Assembly (NCBI GenBank): GCA_977020255.1
Contig: CDROCS010000457.1
Coordinates: forward strand, 372,001 to 436,000
Direction of reading: 5' to 3'
Source: Obrimoposthia wandeli
Taxonomy: Eukaryota
Length of the DNA stretch: 64,000 bases
The position numbers and the translations under genes are program-made. The notes beneath the pieces were generated by a model. It saw only the letters and a program-made list of their open reading frames with translations. It did not search any database and had not been told where the DNA came from. The first letter of the stretch is position 1. Every line of letters begins with the position of its first letter. This document shows, one piece after another, positions 51,201 through 63,551 of this stretch.

Positions 51201-54200
51201 ATGAATTTGGTCACACGGCAGCGGAATCATTCAGAAATATAAATATAGCATGTGGTAAAGGTTCTGCTAATGAAAGAACCACTAAAACTCGGTATCACTG
51301 ACTTAGAAAACCAAGTAGATCGTGGAGCTCATATTACCATAAATAAAGACACAAGCTGTCAACTCAAATTCTTATAGTACAGTAATTATTCACCTGTAAG
51401 GGTATTCATTAAAACATGTTTTTGAGAGAGACCGACACCGAATCACTTATAGATGCATTATTTAAAAGCTTGGAAAGGTGAAGCGTGAAATTTTCGGTGA
51501 CCGGACACCCTTATAGGTGGGACCCCTTATAGGTGAATAATTACTGTAAGTGTCGGGAACTCCCAATTAGCTTATAGGTACACTAGTTAACCATCTCTGA
51601 GCATTTGTATGCTATATATAAGGTGAAAAAAAAATCAAAAACGAATACCGCATGGATTAACAGATATTCAAAAAATTAAAGGATTTACGACTTGTTCGTC
51701 ACCTTTATTGAGATAAAATTAGTGTAGTTTTAGAACGTGTGATAACTTTTCAGAAAAGGTAAATAAAGTACAACAATAGAAGATGTTTATATCAGTTGTT
51801 GGAAGCGGATGAAGCATTCTTCACACCAAAAACTATGATCTGTTTGGTGGTCTATGGTAGGTCTATATACTACAGCTTTTTGAATGCAGGTGAAACATTT
51901 GATTCACGCATATTGCAACAGAATTGATATAAATCATAAATAATTATTATTAAAACAATTCAATTTCACTAATCGGAAAGGATAATACATCATGATAATG
52001 CTAGAACACATGTTTCGATTCGAACGCAGGAGAAATTAAGAAAATTGAAGTATGAAGTCCTTCCACATCATCCATACTCACCGAACCTAGCTCCAATCGA
52101 TTATCATATTTTCAAGCATTTATCGGTATTTATGGATTGAAAGGAATTTGATAGTAACGAAAGTATAAGGTCAGAGGTATTCAACCTCTTTGAGTGTAGA
52201 AATCAATATTTTTTCAAACATGTTTTGAATCTCTTACAAAACATACGAAAAATGTATAGAATCAGACGGGTTTTATTTTGATTAATTATTGTTAAATATA
52301 TGTATGTATTGCACATATATTTTAATTTATAAAAATCCGACATGTAATAACCTAATAAATGAAGGATGGGTCATATTTTTTCCCACATTAAATCCAACAA
52401 CTTTAAAGCGGTAAAATGTCAATGGTATCAGTAATTTGGAAATATTGTTAAATTAAGTTTTATCCTAATTTAACGATGAAAATTAAAAATATGTTTTACG
52501 CGATGGAGCTCTTCCACGTGGGAGTCGAAATGTCAAAATTAATTGACCAAATTTAGAATGACCAGTGAGATCCCCTGATATGACACATTAGGATTATTTT
52601 TATGTGTTATTTCAAACATCAAGTTTATAGAACCCAACCTAACGATCAAGAAGAGTTAAACGTACGAAGTAAAGATGTTGTTGAAGTTTCAAATTAAAAG
52701 TTAGAGAATGTTTTCGCAAATTACGGATATTGACTCGAGATAGTCATACAAGTTGATGGAGGTCAAATCCAAAGTTAGATAGGGTTAGATTTGATGCAAT
52801 GTACATAGCAGACGACTCACCACTCTTGACGGGATGTCTGAAGTGCCTTACTACGGACTTGACCACTCCGCCACAGTCAGGTCCTCCTTGTCTCCCGCTG
52901 CGCGGTGTAGATCTGGCAGACGATCCTCGTGTGGTCGAGGTCCTGGAAGAGGCAACAGCCGGATGATTGTCTGCGTATATCAGCTTGTCAATGGCGACTT
53001 CACTCGATTGGCCAACTGTACATTCTCGTAGCTGCCGCTCCCGGGCCTCCACTTCAGTTTTCTGTTGGTTAAGTACGTCCTCCTGCAAATATAATATCAC
53101 ACTCACCAATGTCACCAGCAGTGGTAGTAATAGTTATTGTAGTTGATGTACAGTGTGGTGCAAAAGTAAGTTTATATATCCATCATTGTGTTGAAAATAT
53201 TGATCAAGACAAAATTTGATTTTGTAACAAAAAATAAACATAACGTACCTATAATAATGCCATTTATAATTCAAAAAAATTAAAAAAAAGAAGATATTAG
53301 TTTGGTGTGGGTTCACATGTGACAAAGTTCCAACCAATTAATTTTGATGGAACTTTAAAGAGAATCAAATACCTGGAAATGCATATATGGACGAGAAATG
53401 TAATAGACTCAAACAGTTACAGCAAAATGGAGATCCTCCTCACATCTAAAATGTAAAAGAGGGTTTTAGAGAATACATTTTTGAATAGTCGGACTATGAG
53501 TCGTCACTTTGACTTTTCGCGGTCATCTCATTCTCCAGATCTCAACCCAATGAACTGTTTCTTTTGGGGTTACCTGAAATATAAAGTATAAAAGAAATCA
53601 ATAGATACTTTAGATTCATTAAAATCAAAAATAAAAAGATTGTGTTGAAAATATTGATCTAGACTTACTTCGAAAAGTAGTAAATTTGGTACCAACAAAA
53701 CTTAAAAGCTATAATTTCACACAAGGGAGGTCATATCGAAAAGTGGGGCTAAATTTTAAAATGGCAATATTATAATAATATTTTTAAATAGACTATTAAA
53801 ATATATCATTCTCTTGTGTTGTAAAATAAATGAAAAAAAAATTTTTTTTTTGGAACGCTTTGTAGAATATATTTTCTATCTATTTAGTTTTAAAATCGTA
53901 TAAATTATCACAAAAACTATTGTAGTTAATATAATAATATGCAGATAATTTTATAATAATAAAGTAAATTTAAAATAGTTTTAAAAGTATTTCATTATTT
54001 TTATTAAACTTCATTTGAACTATAAAAAATAAATTTAATAAAATTTATTATCATTTATCAGTTTAAAAAATCGATCATATCGACAATGAAAGAAGAAGGA
54101 TTTTCCAAAAGAAAAAAACTCAAGTTTGGTATGCATCACATACGTATGTAGATAAATTTCTAAATAAAAACGCAGGCGATAGATATTTATCCAAAATTCC

Positions 54201-57200
54201 TCGAAGAGGAAGACCACCAAATCTTTAATTCGAATCCCAAATATTCTACGAGAAACAAGATTATTCAAAACTGTTTCAAAATGGACAATAAACAATTTTG
54301 TTTAAAAAATGGGCTTACAGTATTTTCCGGATATAAGGCGCTCTTAAAAAACTGTATTTCCCTTAAAAATCTGCAATGCACCTTATAATCCGGTGTGCAT
54401 TATGTGTGAAAGAAGTTATTGATTCTTATTATACTCTTTGAAACGAGTGAACAAAATTTCGCGCGATTTAGAAGTGCATTCTACTTTTAGCGCAGCATGA
54501 GTCATATATGTGAGTTATGAATGCTAGGTAACATTAGGATAAAGAATTAACAGCGAATAAACGATATCAAAGTGCACATGATTGGACGAAATCTCTCTGT
54601 TTACAAAAAGTACTTTAATGTTGTGTCGCATTGACAATTTCCATGTTTTATTAGCTACGATTTATACATACATACCTATTGTAGAACCTAAACTCAGATA
54701 TAGAGGATGAAGACTTTGATGAGTTTGTGGATAAAGCAGAACAGTAATAAAGTTATTTCGACAATTTCGTGTAGTTTTATGTATATTTATGTACCTATTT
54801 TAAAAGTGTATACCTAATAAAAGTGTTATTAAATGTGTTTGAAATGCACCTTATGTGTGAAAAAGACCTGTTCATAAAGGGTTCGCCTTATGGTCCCAAA
54901 AATACGGTATATTATAGTCACCAAGATATCATCATGTTTCTCGAAATACAAAAGAAAACGAGAAAAAAATACAAATACATTGGACTCGACAAATAATCCA
55001 ATGAAAATATTTGTGGGTTTTTTTTCTGATAAAACGGCTATTTCATCGAGTCCAAATAGAAGAATGAATGTTAGAAGACCAATAAAGCCTCAAAACAAAC
55101 GTGATAAAAGTTAAATACACTATTATTTTTGGTTGTATTTCAATTTACAAGGAACAAAAATTTTTTAAAACGGATTTACGGAAATATAAACAGTCAATCA
55201 TACATTGAAATTTTATCTGATGTTGATTAAATTTGACCAAATGGAATATTTCAACAAGACCAAACCCCATCCCATGTTTCTAGAGCAGGGGTTTCCAAAC
55301 GTTTTTAGCCGTAAAGCCCTTAAAATGTTTTCCGTAGCTTGCGTAACCCCTTTTTTATTTTTTTATTAATAAACCCAGTTTTATCAATCTTTAATGAAAC
55401 ATTAAAGATTGTTTTCGAATATAGAACTTTATTTACTTTCATGGAACTTTTTAAAAATTCGTATACATTGAAAAATACGCAAATCATATAATAGAACAAA
55501 CAAAATGTTAGATAACAGAAATAAATAAAAGGCCGACGGAACCCCTAATGTTTGCGAAACCCTAGGGTTCCGCGGAACATACTTTGGGAACCCCTGTTCT
55601 AGAGAAACAATGGGATTCAATCCAATCGTGTATTTTAAAATGGAAACTAACTAAGGAAAGATATGAAACTTTTTCCGAGTTAGAAACAATTGTTTCCCAG
55701 AGTTTTAATCCCATTTGACTCGAAACCATTACAAAGGTATATCTAACTATGAAGAACAGATTGAAATAAAGATATTTTAATGTGTCTATTTGAATTATAT
55801 ATTTTGTATGTGTTACAAATGTCTTAATCTTTCATAAAAATAAGAACATTGGACAAATATATTTACATCATCATTTTCGAAATAAATTCATTAAAAAAGC
55901 AATCATTGAGTTCCTAATAAAACTTTATTCTTTGTAGTTGAATGGGAACTTATTTAGGCTAAAATATCAGTGAAATTAGAAAAAATAATGAATCATGGAA
56001 CTGTAGAAATATTTTAAGTCTTGGAATGACACCAGGAGAGATGGTAGTAGCTGCCAACCTCTTCTAAGAGCATGTTGAGGAACTGCTGTTGGTACCCGGA
56101 CCTGGTGACCTCTTGGACAGCCTTGCCCCACTCATCCATTGGCTGCGGCTGCGGCTCCTCGTCATCAGTCCAGCCTGTGGCACCGTCGTCGCTGTCTCCA
56201 TCGTCAGCATGAACTGTGTAGGTAGCACTGCTGCCAACATCACGCTCCCCCTCTACCACCGCGAGCTCTAGCGGCCCTGTCACCTGTGTCAGCAGCTCCT
56301 CATCTCCCACCGACATACGTCTCTTCTGCAATACAAGCAGGGAGTCCTCTAGAACAGCACTTCTTTTTGTGAATAAAACAAAATGTAATTTGAAAATATT
56401 GTGGTATGTACTATATAAGTGGGAGACAAAAAACGATTTCAACTTCATTTTCTAATAATGGACTAATTATAGTTAGCATGTTTGCATGTATGCAAAATAT
56501 TTCTTTTTTATTTGAAATTATTAAAAAAAAGTATTTTGTAAATTACTAGAAATTGAAGTTGTAACACTTATTTTGAATCGAACCTGTAGATAAAATAAAG
56601 ACAAATTAGAAGATGTTGTCCAAAACGTAATCTTACCAACCTTTGGATTAGAGTAAATTAGCTTCATTTGACTGTACGCTGCAGTTGCCAGAGCTACGTT
56701 GTCCTGAATGGAAATATTTCGCATTTTTGTTTATCTGGTCATATCTTTCTATTTAAAACTCAATTGAAGTTACAATATATTAGATTCTAATTTATAGTGT
56801 ATCGGGATATCCTTTATACAGTCCGATCACTAAAAAGAACTCAGTATTAATCTTAACATAATTTTAACTTTTGCTATATGGATGACTTTTATTTTCTAAT
56901 ACTAACTAATGTTACCGATGAACAGTTTTAGAACTATAAATTTTTGGGTAAGTTATTAAAATACTGAAAAACTACATATAAATTATAACCTATTTTTCAA
57001 TATCACTTTATTTTTAACTTTTTTGGGAATAACCTTTATATATTATTTAAACAAAAAATGTCCATACTTCGTAATATCCCTCTATAAACTCTAATGTAGG
57101 ATTGACCCCAAAATGTTTGCAAAGTTCTTGGGTTGCTCACAAACAAGAGCCAAGAAGGTTTTACAAAAGTTTTATATGTATGGTTCTGCATACAATTTAT

Positions 57201-60200
57201 GTTAAACAAAATGAAAATCAGATTTGACAAGCTAAGGATTAAAGGGATATCCAAGAATAACCAGTTTTTGAAAGTTCAGCAAATATAAAGTAGGTTACGT
57301 TGAAAAGGTTTCGAATCATCTATAAAACTATCTTTATTTTATCTTATAATATGGTGTAGTTTGAATGTTGTAATAAATGTTGGAGGTACTTTGTGGTGAC
57401 TGGGTAGACTACTTCCTTTTTTATCATTTTTACATTTATAACTTTGTTCTGTATTATTTTCCATTGAAACATCACTGTATCGCCTTTATATCATTATATA
57501 GGAAAGAATTACTCCTTGACATAGAAGAAAGTTAAAATACTCTTTAGTTTATGTTTCATTTTGAGTTCTTTTTCATTATTAGGACTGCACCCAAGTAACA
57601 ATAAGCTAACGCTAGTGATGTTGAATTTATGGCTTCTGATTTGTCTAAGACGATGCTGAAAACAAATTTTTTTGGTAATAAAGATAGTGTCATTCAAGTT
57701 ATTTGTAATACTACTTTGATGAAGATAGGTTATTTAAGTCACAATCTCAAGCTACTAGAAGGGGTGTGACTATCTCTATGGTGACTCACTCGGTGGTCCT
57801 TGACGTACTCCCAAAGCTGGTTCTGTCCATCGTCCTTGTCTGGTTCATGTTCGTCTGACTGATTTACTTGTTGCTGCTGATGTGGCTGTACAAAAATATA
57901 CATATATGAAAGAAAAAATCAACAATTATTCTTCTGTACAACAAAACATTGTTAGATTTAGCTTGATTTTGTGAGTATTAGAAGATTTGGATAACGATCA
58001 ATTTCAGAATCAAGAATTCAGTTTCAAAGATGAAAGCTGTGATCCGATTAAACCAAAACATGTTGAAGATACATATGATGAATAGTTTAATGTGGCATCA
58101 TCAGTCAAAAAGGCAACTAGAATGATAAAATTGTGCATAATATGGTAAGCTTGAAACTATGCATTGTAAGTGACTAAGTGGACAATGGTGAAAAAATGAA
58201 ATTCGATATTGTAAGAGAGAGAAGAGTCTGGAGACCTCTGAACCTAGTGAGATACCGGTGCAAGACAACAAGTACCCAGCCAACAAATGACACTGTAGCA
58301 CACGTTCTTTTGACCATGTTGTTAGACGCAGACTTGGAAGCCATTCACAACAATTACTGTGCTCGTCCTCGGGGTTTTGGGGATCATCTTAAGGGTGTCA
58401 TGGATGCACTAGGCAATATCCTCTCAACGATAAGAGCTGAAGTCTTGTAATATCATGTAAAATACAAGCATTTTAAAAAATTATGAAATTGCATTTTTCA
58501 GTTTAAAAAACATAAAATTAAACAAATATATACGTCCTGCGGATGCTGACAAAATGAAAATAATATTACGAGATCCAAGAACACCTTCGAGTATCGGTTT
58601 CCAAAACGTTTGGAAACTGCACCAATAAAAAAGGAAAACTTTCGCTCGCCCCCTTTAAAAAAATTAGTAACACAATTATATTTATTAAATCAAAAGCTTT
58701 TTTAATCAAAAAAATTAAAACGTAAAAAGGTTCAAAGCCTACTTTTTTTTAATTTATAACTTTAAAAATAGCTTCGTTAAATTATTGAAGATTACTCTTT
58801 CATGGAAATGTTCAGAAGTTATCTTATTTTTTTAAGCTTAGACATTTATTTAACAGTTTTACTTATGTAAAATATATAATCACACATTGTTACATTTGTT
58901 TTCATAAGATAATGAGTTAATAATCTTTATTATCATAGTAGTTTTTGTTTACTCAAATCATTAAACAATGCCTATTAGTATTTGTGCGTGTACTCCTTAC
59001 AACAATAAGTAGTAATTATTTATTTGTAGATAACTATCTTCCACTGGTTTATTTTTGTTTGTCTAAATTCGTAATTATACTTTGTCAAGTCTTTCAAGTC
59101 AAAAATGTGAGACAAGGAACGGAGAAAGAGGAGCTCACTAACTTCATCAGTTGTCGGTTGGTCACGACGCTGTAGAACCTCTCGAATGCGGCTGACTAGG
59201 TACTGGCGTCTCTGTTCCTCTTGCTCTATCATGCGGCTGGCCACGCGACCTAGACGCTCAGTCCGGGCCTCCGTATGTGTAAGCCTCTGCCGAGTACGAG
59301 CGCTCACAGCATCCAGCTGATTCAGATCCATCTGCTGTTCTCCTTTGCTTCTGTACGATGGCCACAAATGGATTTTATTACAAATTTTGACACAATGCGC
59401 TGGATGAATAAATTTCATATACCCTACAAAACAAAGTTTTAAATGCCAGAATTGAATTCAAGGTCTTGATTTATATCAACAAAATGTATTCTCTCACAAA
59501 AACCCAAATATGTAAGATCTTTTCGAAATTTTCTAAGATGTGCTTGCATTTAAAATATATATTTTTTATCTGGTTTATATTAAGATACTATTCTAACCAA
59601 ACAAGTTAATAAAACAATAGCGAGAGTCATGTATAAATCATTAAAAAATCAGATTTCATAATATATTAAAAAATTTAAACCACTATTAAATAATAAAGTT
59701 TTTAACATTCGTATCGTGACATTATAATTCATTTTGAAACATGTGTCACTCACTAATTCACTAATTCTATATTTTAATTCGAAATTATATATATATATAT
59801 ATATCCATTCCATCTACTCGATAAGTATTGCAATAGTACAAACTTACCATTACAACTTTAAATATAAGCAACGTTCTAATTTACGCTGGTTCTCTTTATT
59901 CATTTGATAACGGAATGTACTTTCTGAAATATTGGGAAATTGTGCCAATCCACGTTGACTGCAGTTAGGTATATTTAAATTCTTAGATTCACACGTATTT
60001 TAGATTTATAAATTATAGGCTTCTTATACGGATTTGAACAAAAACAAACTTTCTTTACCTCTTTTGGTTTTGTTTTTTGTTTTTGACATACAAGTCATTC
60101 TTAAGTTATAACCATGATTTATCATTTCACAAAACTTTTTATCTTCGTCTAACATATTACTTTTGTCATGTTTGAATCCCTAAAACCTTTTGGACATACA

Positions 60201-63200
60201 TAATTGAAATTATGTTATTATCATTTGAGTGATTCTTGGTGTCATCCTTTTTTAACGTTTCTTCTTATCTTTCCAGAAACTTTTTAATTTTAACTTTTAA
60301 GTCTTTATTTACTTTGTGATATAAATCTTGAAATTCTATTAAAATATTATTAATAGCTTCTTCTTTCGACAATTGATTCCTCGACGATAAAAATCTTTTA
60401 ATAACCTCTAATAATGATGATATTTTTTCCAAATTAATATTCGAAATAGGATCCCAATATTTGAAAATAAAAATCCCTTAGAATTTTTAGAATATTAAAA
60501 TATATAATATTTATTTACTTCTCGCCATGTCAGTACAAAAGAAAAGAAAATATTTTGTAACATACGTAACATCTTAAGTAACGTAGATAACTAATATAAA
60601 TATAAACGCTCAATGATTGTAGAGATCCATTACGCACCCTAGTGAACATATGGTAATCTTAGAAGCAAATATGATGACTGTAGATTGGTTTTAAAAGTTT
60701 TGAAACAAACAAAGTGATGGAAGAATGAAATTGATGTTCTAAATTTGTACAACAATTTACCGATTAATATAAAAAATTGAAACAAGGTTGAAAATTCAAA
60801 AAGCAACTAAAGATTTTACTGTTTAGAAATATTAAAAATGATAATATCTACCTTGGAAAACATGAAGCGCATTTCAATAAGTCATAGATTCATTAGATAT
60901 TTGTGATATATTAAATATATTATAGTTACAATAGTTCTTACATGTTCAATAATACTAAAGTGCACGTTATGCCGTCAGTCAAGGTTGAATTACCTTTTTG
61001 GTGTTGTATTTCTCGGGCCATTTTTTGCAGCCGAATTATTCGCATTTCCTCCGTATTTTTCAAGACCCTGAGAGATGTAAAACTGCTTCAAATATATATA
61101 TGCAATTTTTATATTATTTCTGATCATTGTGGTTGACAGACTTTTTTTAATGTACCTAAACATTACTGCAAGAAAACAGTTGCTTATAAGGAATAATATC
61201 GAAATTGTAAATTACATGTAAACTATTATCCCAGTGAAAGTTTTGAGAGAAAAAATGATAGAAGATAGATCATCGATCTCCAACCTTTGTAAGTTAATTC
61301 ACCCCATTCAGCATAATCATAGCATAGGTGCTCCAACTGTTTATTTCAATACTTATAAACTTTTTATTTTAAAAAGAACAATATACAGTAAAACCTCCGA
61401 TTTACGGCTAGTACAAGTGCTCTTATAAACATTTCGTTACTTAGGGGTGGGCACAATGGTGAGTTTCTGCATATGGTGTAGAGCAGCGGTTCCCAACCTG
61501 TGGGTCGCGACCCCAACTGGGGTCGCCTGACAATTTGCCTGGAGTCGCCTAAGGCAGCAAGGCCTTTTAAAAAGTTGTTTTATGATACCGAATGTCCTTG
61601 TGTTGTATTCTCGCGGTAATATAAAATAAAAAAATATAACAAATTGTTGTGTTGATAAAATTATTTTATCCTTGGGGTAACCACAACTTGGCAAATGTTA
61701 TCAAGGGGTCACCGCACCAGAAAGGTTGGGAACCGCTGGTGTAGAGGCTTGTTGCATAAGGTTTGACCAAAAAGCCTTTTTTCTTGTATACATCTTTGTC
61801 ATCTCTATGGTATTATGGTATCTGTTGATGTTTCTTATGTGTGAGATGCGTCTACTGGTTGATGGGGATACTTTTGTTGGACGTGTCAACCACTAGATCC
61901 ATGTTGCTGATATTGATTTGCCCAAATCCTTGAAAACATGTCAGTCCTTTAAAGGGTCGTGCCATGGACACAGAAGAAACACCCCAGAAAGTGATCACCC
62001 AAAATCTATAGAGTATTACTGACGTATAGCCATCCACAACACCCACCGTTGTATACGTCGCTATCGTCAGGTTGCCGGAACGCCTTAGCCAACCCACAAA
62101 CCTGTGCAGATCTGGTGCTCCCAAAAGAGTACTCTAGCAGATGAACCATTTCAGTTATTTGACCACGTCCCTGTGGAAGATCGAATCCTATTATTATCCA
62201 CTGATCGTAACGTTCATATTGTTGATACAACCGCGGACTGGCTTTGTTATTGTACATTCAAGGTTTAACCTGGTTTGTTCTACCAGCTATTCACTATTAA
62301 TGCTATGAACAACGCCCACATCATTCCATGTGTATTCGCATTTTACCCAACAAGCAACAAGCGACACTTCTTCGTGAATTCCGTGTATACACCCTGAACA
62401 ACGACGTGGCCATCGTCCATCACCATTTGCAGATGACATATGATGTCCACGACTGAGTAGAAGGTCTTCTGCGTACCAACAACCACGCTGAAGGCTGGCA
62501 TCGCCGTATGCAGTCCAATATTGGCGCACAACACCCAAACATCTGGCGTTTCCTTGATGATCTGCATCGTGAGCAAACCCTCCATCAAGTGATCATCACC
62601 CAAGTTTTCGCTGACAAAGCAGCCCCAACACAATGTCGTCCCTTCCTGTGGGTATTGCTCATAACATCCAGATCCAGACGGTGAATTTTGAACTTGTACA
62701 TAATATGAATGACTGAAAAAAAATTGGTAAAATATTTCCTTTATACTTTCATTTACCTACAAAATTTTCCTTTTTTTAATTTTTACAGGAGGGGCTATTT
62801 GGCGTGTGGTTTTGCGCCGGGGGTTTATGTTCGGGTGGTTTGTTCTAGAGATGTATTACTGTAGATGTATTTATATAAATGTTTAGTAGGGACCGAACTA
62901 ATGGGATTTGTGTGTTTGCTTTTCGTTATACGAACTTTCATACCTGAGATTGTTTCTCGCTAGAAATTTATTGATAGAAAATCAAAAATATATTTTCACA
63001 AAGATAGGTTGAAGAAAATTGTAGGAACGTATAGCAATAACCCCAAAATTATAAAGTGTTCATAGAACATTGTGTGTCTTTGATTTGAAATTTTCCTTGC
63101 CATTTAATCAAGAAACTCTTATTGGAATTCTTCTTTGAATTTTGAAACATTGCAGATAAATGGTTTCCTGGTTTTCTCAAAATGTGGTCGCGGCATGTCG

Positions 63201-63551
63201 GAGAAATAACTCTCCAAGTCATCTCCAAGTTTCCATATGTGGTCTGGGAACTGTTACAGCAATTTCCGGAATACTAACTTGTGTCAAATAAGCAAACATC
63301 ATCAATTTCCCCGAACGACTCGATGGGATATAATGTTAATATATGTTCAGTGCAGTTGTTCAAATTTTGAAATAAGGGCCTTACCAGATAAATATCGATT
63401 AGATTTAGCAATGCAGATTTCTGACCATCTGAAACCGCCTCGGGGGAAATATGCGTCAGAGAGACTTGGAGGACCGACGAGGACAAGTGCTTCAGGAGGC
63501 TTGTCACATTAGCCAGATGATCGTCTCGACAAGCGGGACTCTCGATCAAGT
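39219..63551 (-). CDS. CEP95: Centrosomal protein CEP95 (CCDC45) orthologue, at least 10 exons, 5' end unresolved
   Basis: Phase-compatible exons 63551-63385, 61085-60994, 59350-59143, 57885-57790, 56325-56059, 53082-52821, 50884-50747, 43183-42766, 41319-41235, 39365-39219 (TAA). Motifs LQVSLTHISPE, IEEFPGLEVSEQTMRQMW, EETVFR...QRDRLRE, YRDRFSMLAE and LEADIRQLQ match recalled human CEP95 (LQVSLSHITGE, LEQFPFLYVSGPTLSKMW, EEMIFK...QKQRLRD, YKDQFSLLAE, MEKEIQQLQ). Confidence 0.88.
39770..39950 (+). mobile_element. Mariner transposase fragment (intronic)
   Basis: KPDIRRERMVYVFWDGKCVL resembles K..LHPKKVML.VWWD.KGV. Confidence 0.5.
43480..44270 (-). mobile_element. Decayed pogo/Tigger (DDE_1) transposase
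   Basis: IIVEGNEKECVTEEIFIR*L, KGHSS and GGRTKIFQQLGISVNKHFEA (compare PNTT..LQPLDV.VNKPFKA). Confidence 0.7.
44460..44600 (+). mobile_element. Mariner fragment
   Basis: TKKLDYWVPHVLNEK (WVPHEL motif) followed by an L.RIV-like segment. Confidence 0.6.
44835..45895 (+). mobile_element. Decayed Ty3/gypsy pol, 5' half (protease, RT)
   Basis: DSGASVTV protease motif; DYRYLNA, ILDIGQAYYQ, TAFSTKLGQFCFNRLSFGV and LEDILVYS (YxDD position). Confidence 0.85.
46425..46588. repeat. 20-bp tandem array (CCTAACTACCACGATATTAT, about 7 units, 3 perfect)
   Basis: CTAACTACCA recurs through 46430-46570. Confidence 0.9.
46715..47250. repeat. Diverged 52-bp minisatellite (about 10 units; 2 more at 47880-47990)
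   Basis: AAATATCA-type anchors at 46769, 46821, 46873, 46925, 46977, 47029, 47081, 47133 and 47186; also 47890 and 47942. Confidence 0.9.
47330..47830 (-). mobile_element. Possible transposase remnant (DNCGGQNKN-type, Sola-like) splitting the 52-bp array
   Basis: CDQYGGESMNLFMWLYW...SPGKILS*DWVRF resembles DNC.GQNKN..M..Y....F...GH...D..F; heavily decayed. Confidence 0.35.
48080..48620. repeat. Degenerate (CA)n-ATATTACTATAG repeats plus a duplicated ~60-bp block
   Basis: ATATTACTATAG recurs four times after CA runs; CTGCTCAACCAATCTTCCAGCAATCAGAA...CAGTGGATTACTATACTCCA at about 48462 and 48557. Confidence 0.8.
49090..50420 (+). mobile_element. Decayed Ty3/gypsy pol, 3' half (RNase H end, integrase)
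   Basis: KGIDYGNPDGMSRL; HQYLCHLGMQR; TDRGRIF; HQANGLAEIVIRTVRDML; PFEVIYGRK. Co-oriented with 44835-45895. Confidence 0.8.
51150..52290 (+). mobile_element. Decayed mariner (DD34D) element
   Basis: EYEFGHTAAESFRNINIACGKGSANERT; HDNARTH...LPHHPYSPNLAPIDYHIF. Confidence 0.85.
51380..51546. mobile_element. 167-bp Tc1/pogo-type MITE nested in the mariner
   Basis: TIR CAGTAATTATTCACCT(G/A)TAAGGG at both ends, TA on both sides. Confidence 0.9.
52490..52740 (+). mobile_element. Tc1-like transposase C-terminal fragment
   Basis: DGALPRG and PVRSPDMT..DYF motifs. Confidence 0.55.
53340..53750 (+). mobile_element. Tc1-like transposase C-terminal fragment
   Basis: QQNGDPPH and SHSPDLNPMNCFFWGYLKYKV. 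Confidence 0.7.
54318..54907. mobile_element. 590-bp pogo/Tigger-type non-autonomous element
   Basis: TA-CAGTATTTTCCGGATATAAGGCG ... CGCCTTATGGTCCCAAAAATACGG-TA; ATGCACCTTAT repeated near both ends. Confidence 0.75.
55286..55596. mobile_element. 311-bp hAT-type MITE
   Basis: TIRs CAGGGGTTTCCAAA / TTTGGGAACCCCTG; perfect 8-bp TSD TTCTAGAG. Confidence 0.92.
58050..58450 (+). mobile_element. Possible Tc1/maT transposase C-terminal remnant
   Basis: AIHNNYCARPRGFGDHLKGVMDALGNI weakly resembles ..ACRSF..RL..VI.A.G.HI. Confidence 0.3.
61484..61738. mobile_element. 255-bp hAT-type MITE
   Basis: Perfect 16-bp TIR CAGCGGTTCCCAACCT / AGGTTGGGAACCGCTG; perfect 8-bp TSD GTGTAGAG. Confidence 0.95.
61790..62860 (+). 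mobile_element. Decayed Mutator-like (MULE) transposase with G-rich subterminal end
   Basis: FYQLFTINAMNNAHIIPCVFA; RTNNHAEGWHRRM; HPNIWRFLDDL; GGTTTTGCGCCGGGGGTTTATGT near 62810. Confidence 0.85.

Noticed and set aside
59870-60500. Extra CEP95 exon or AT-rich ORF
   Set aside because: Exons 60994 and 59350 already join in phase, the candidate exon has incompatible phases, and the longer stretch has stops.
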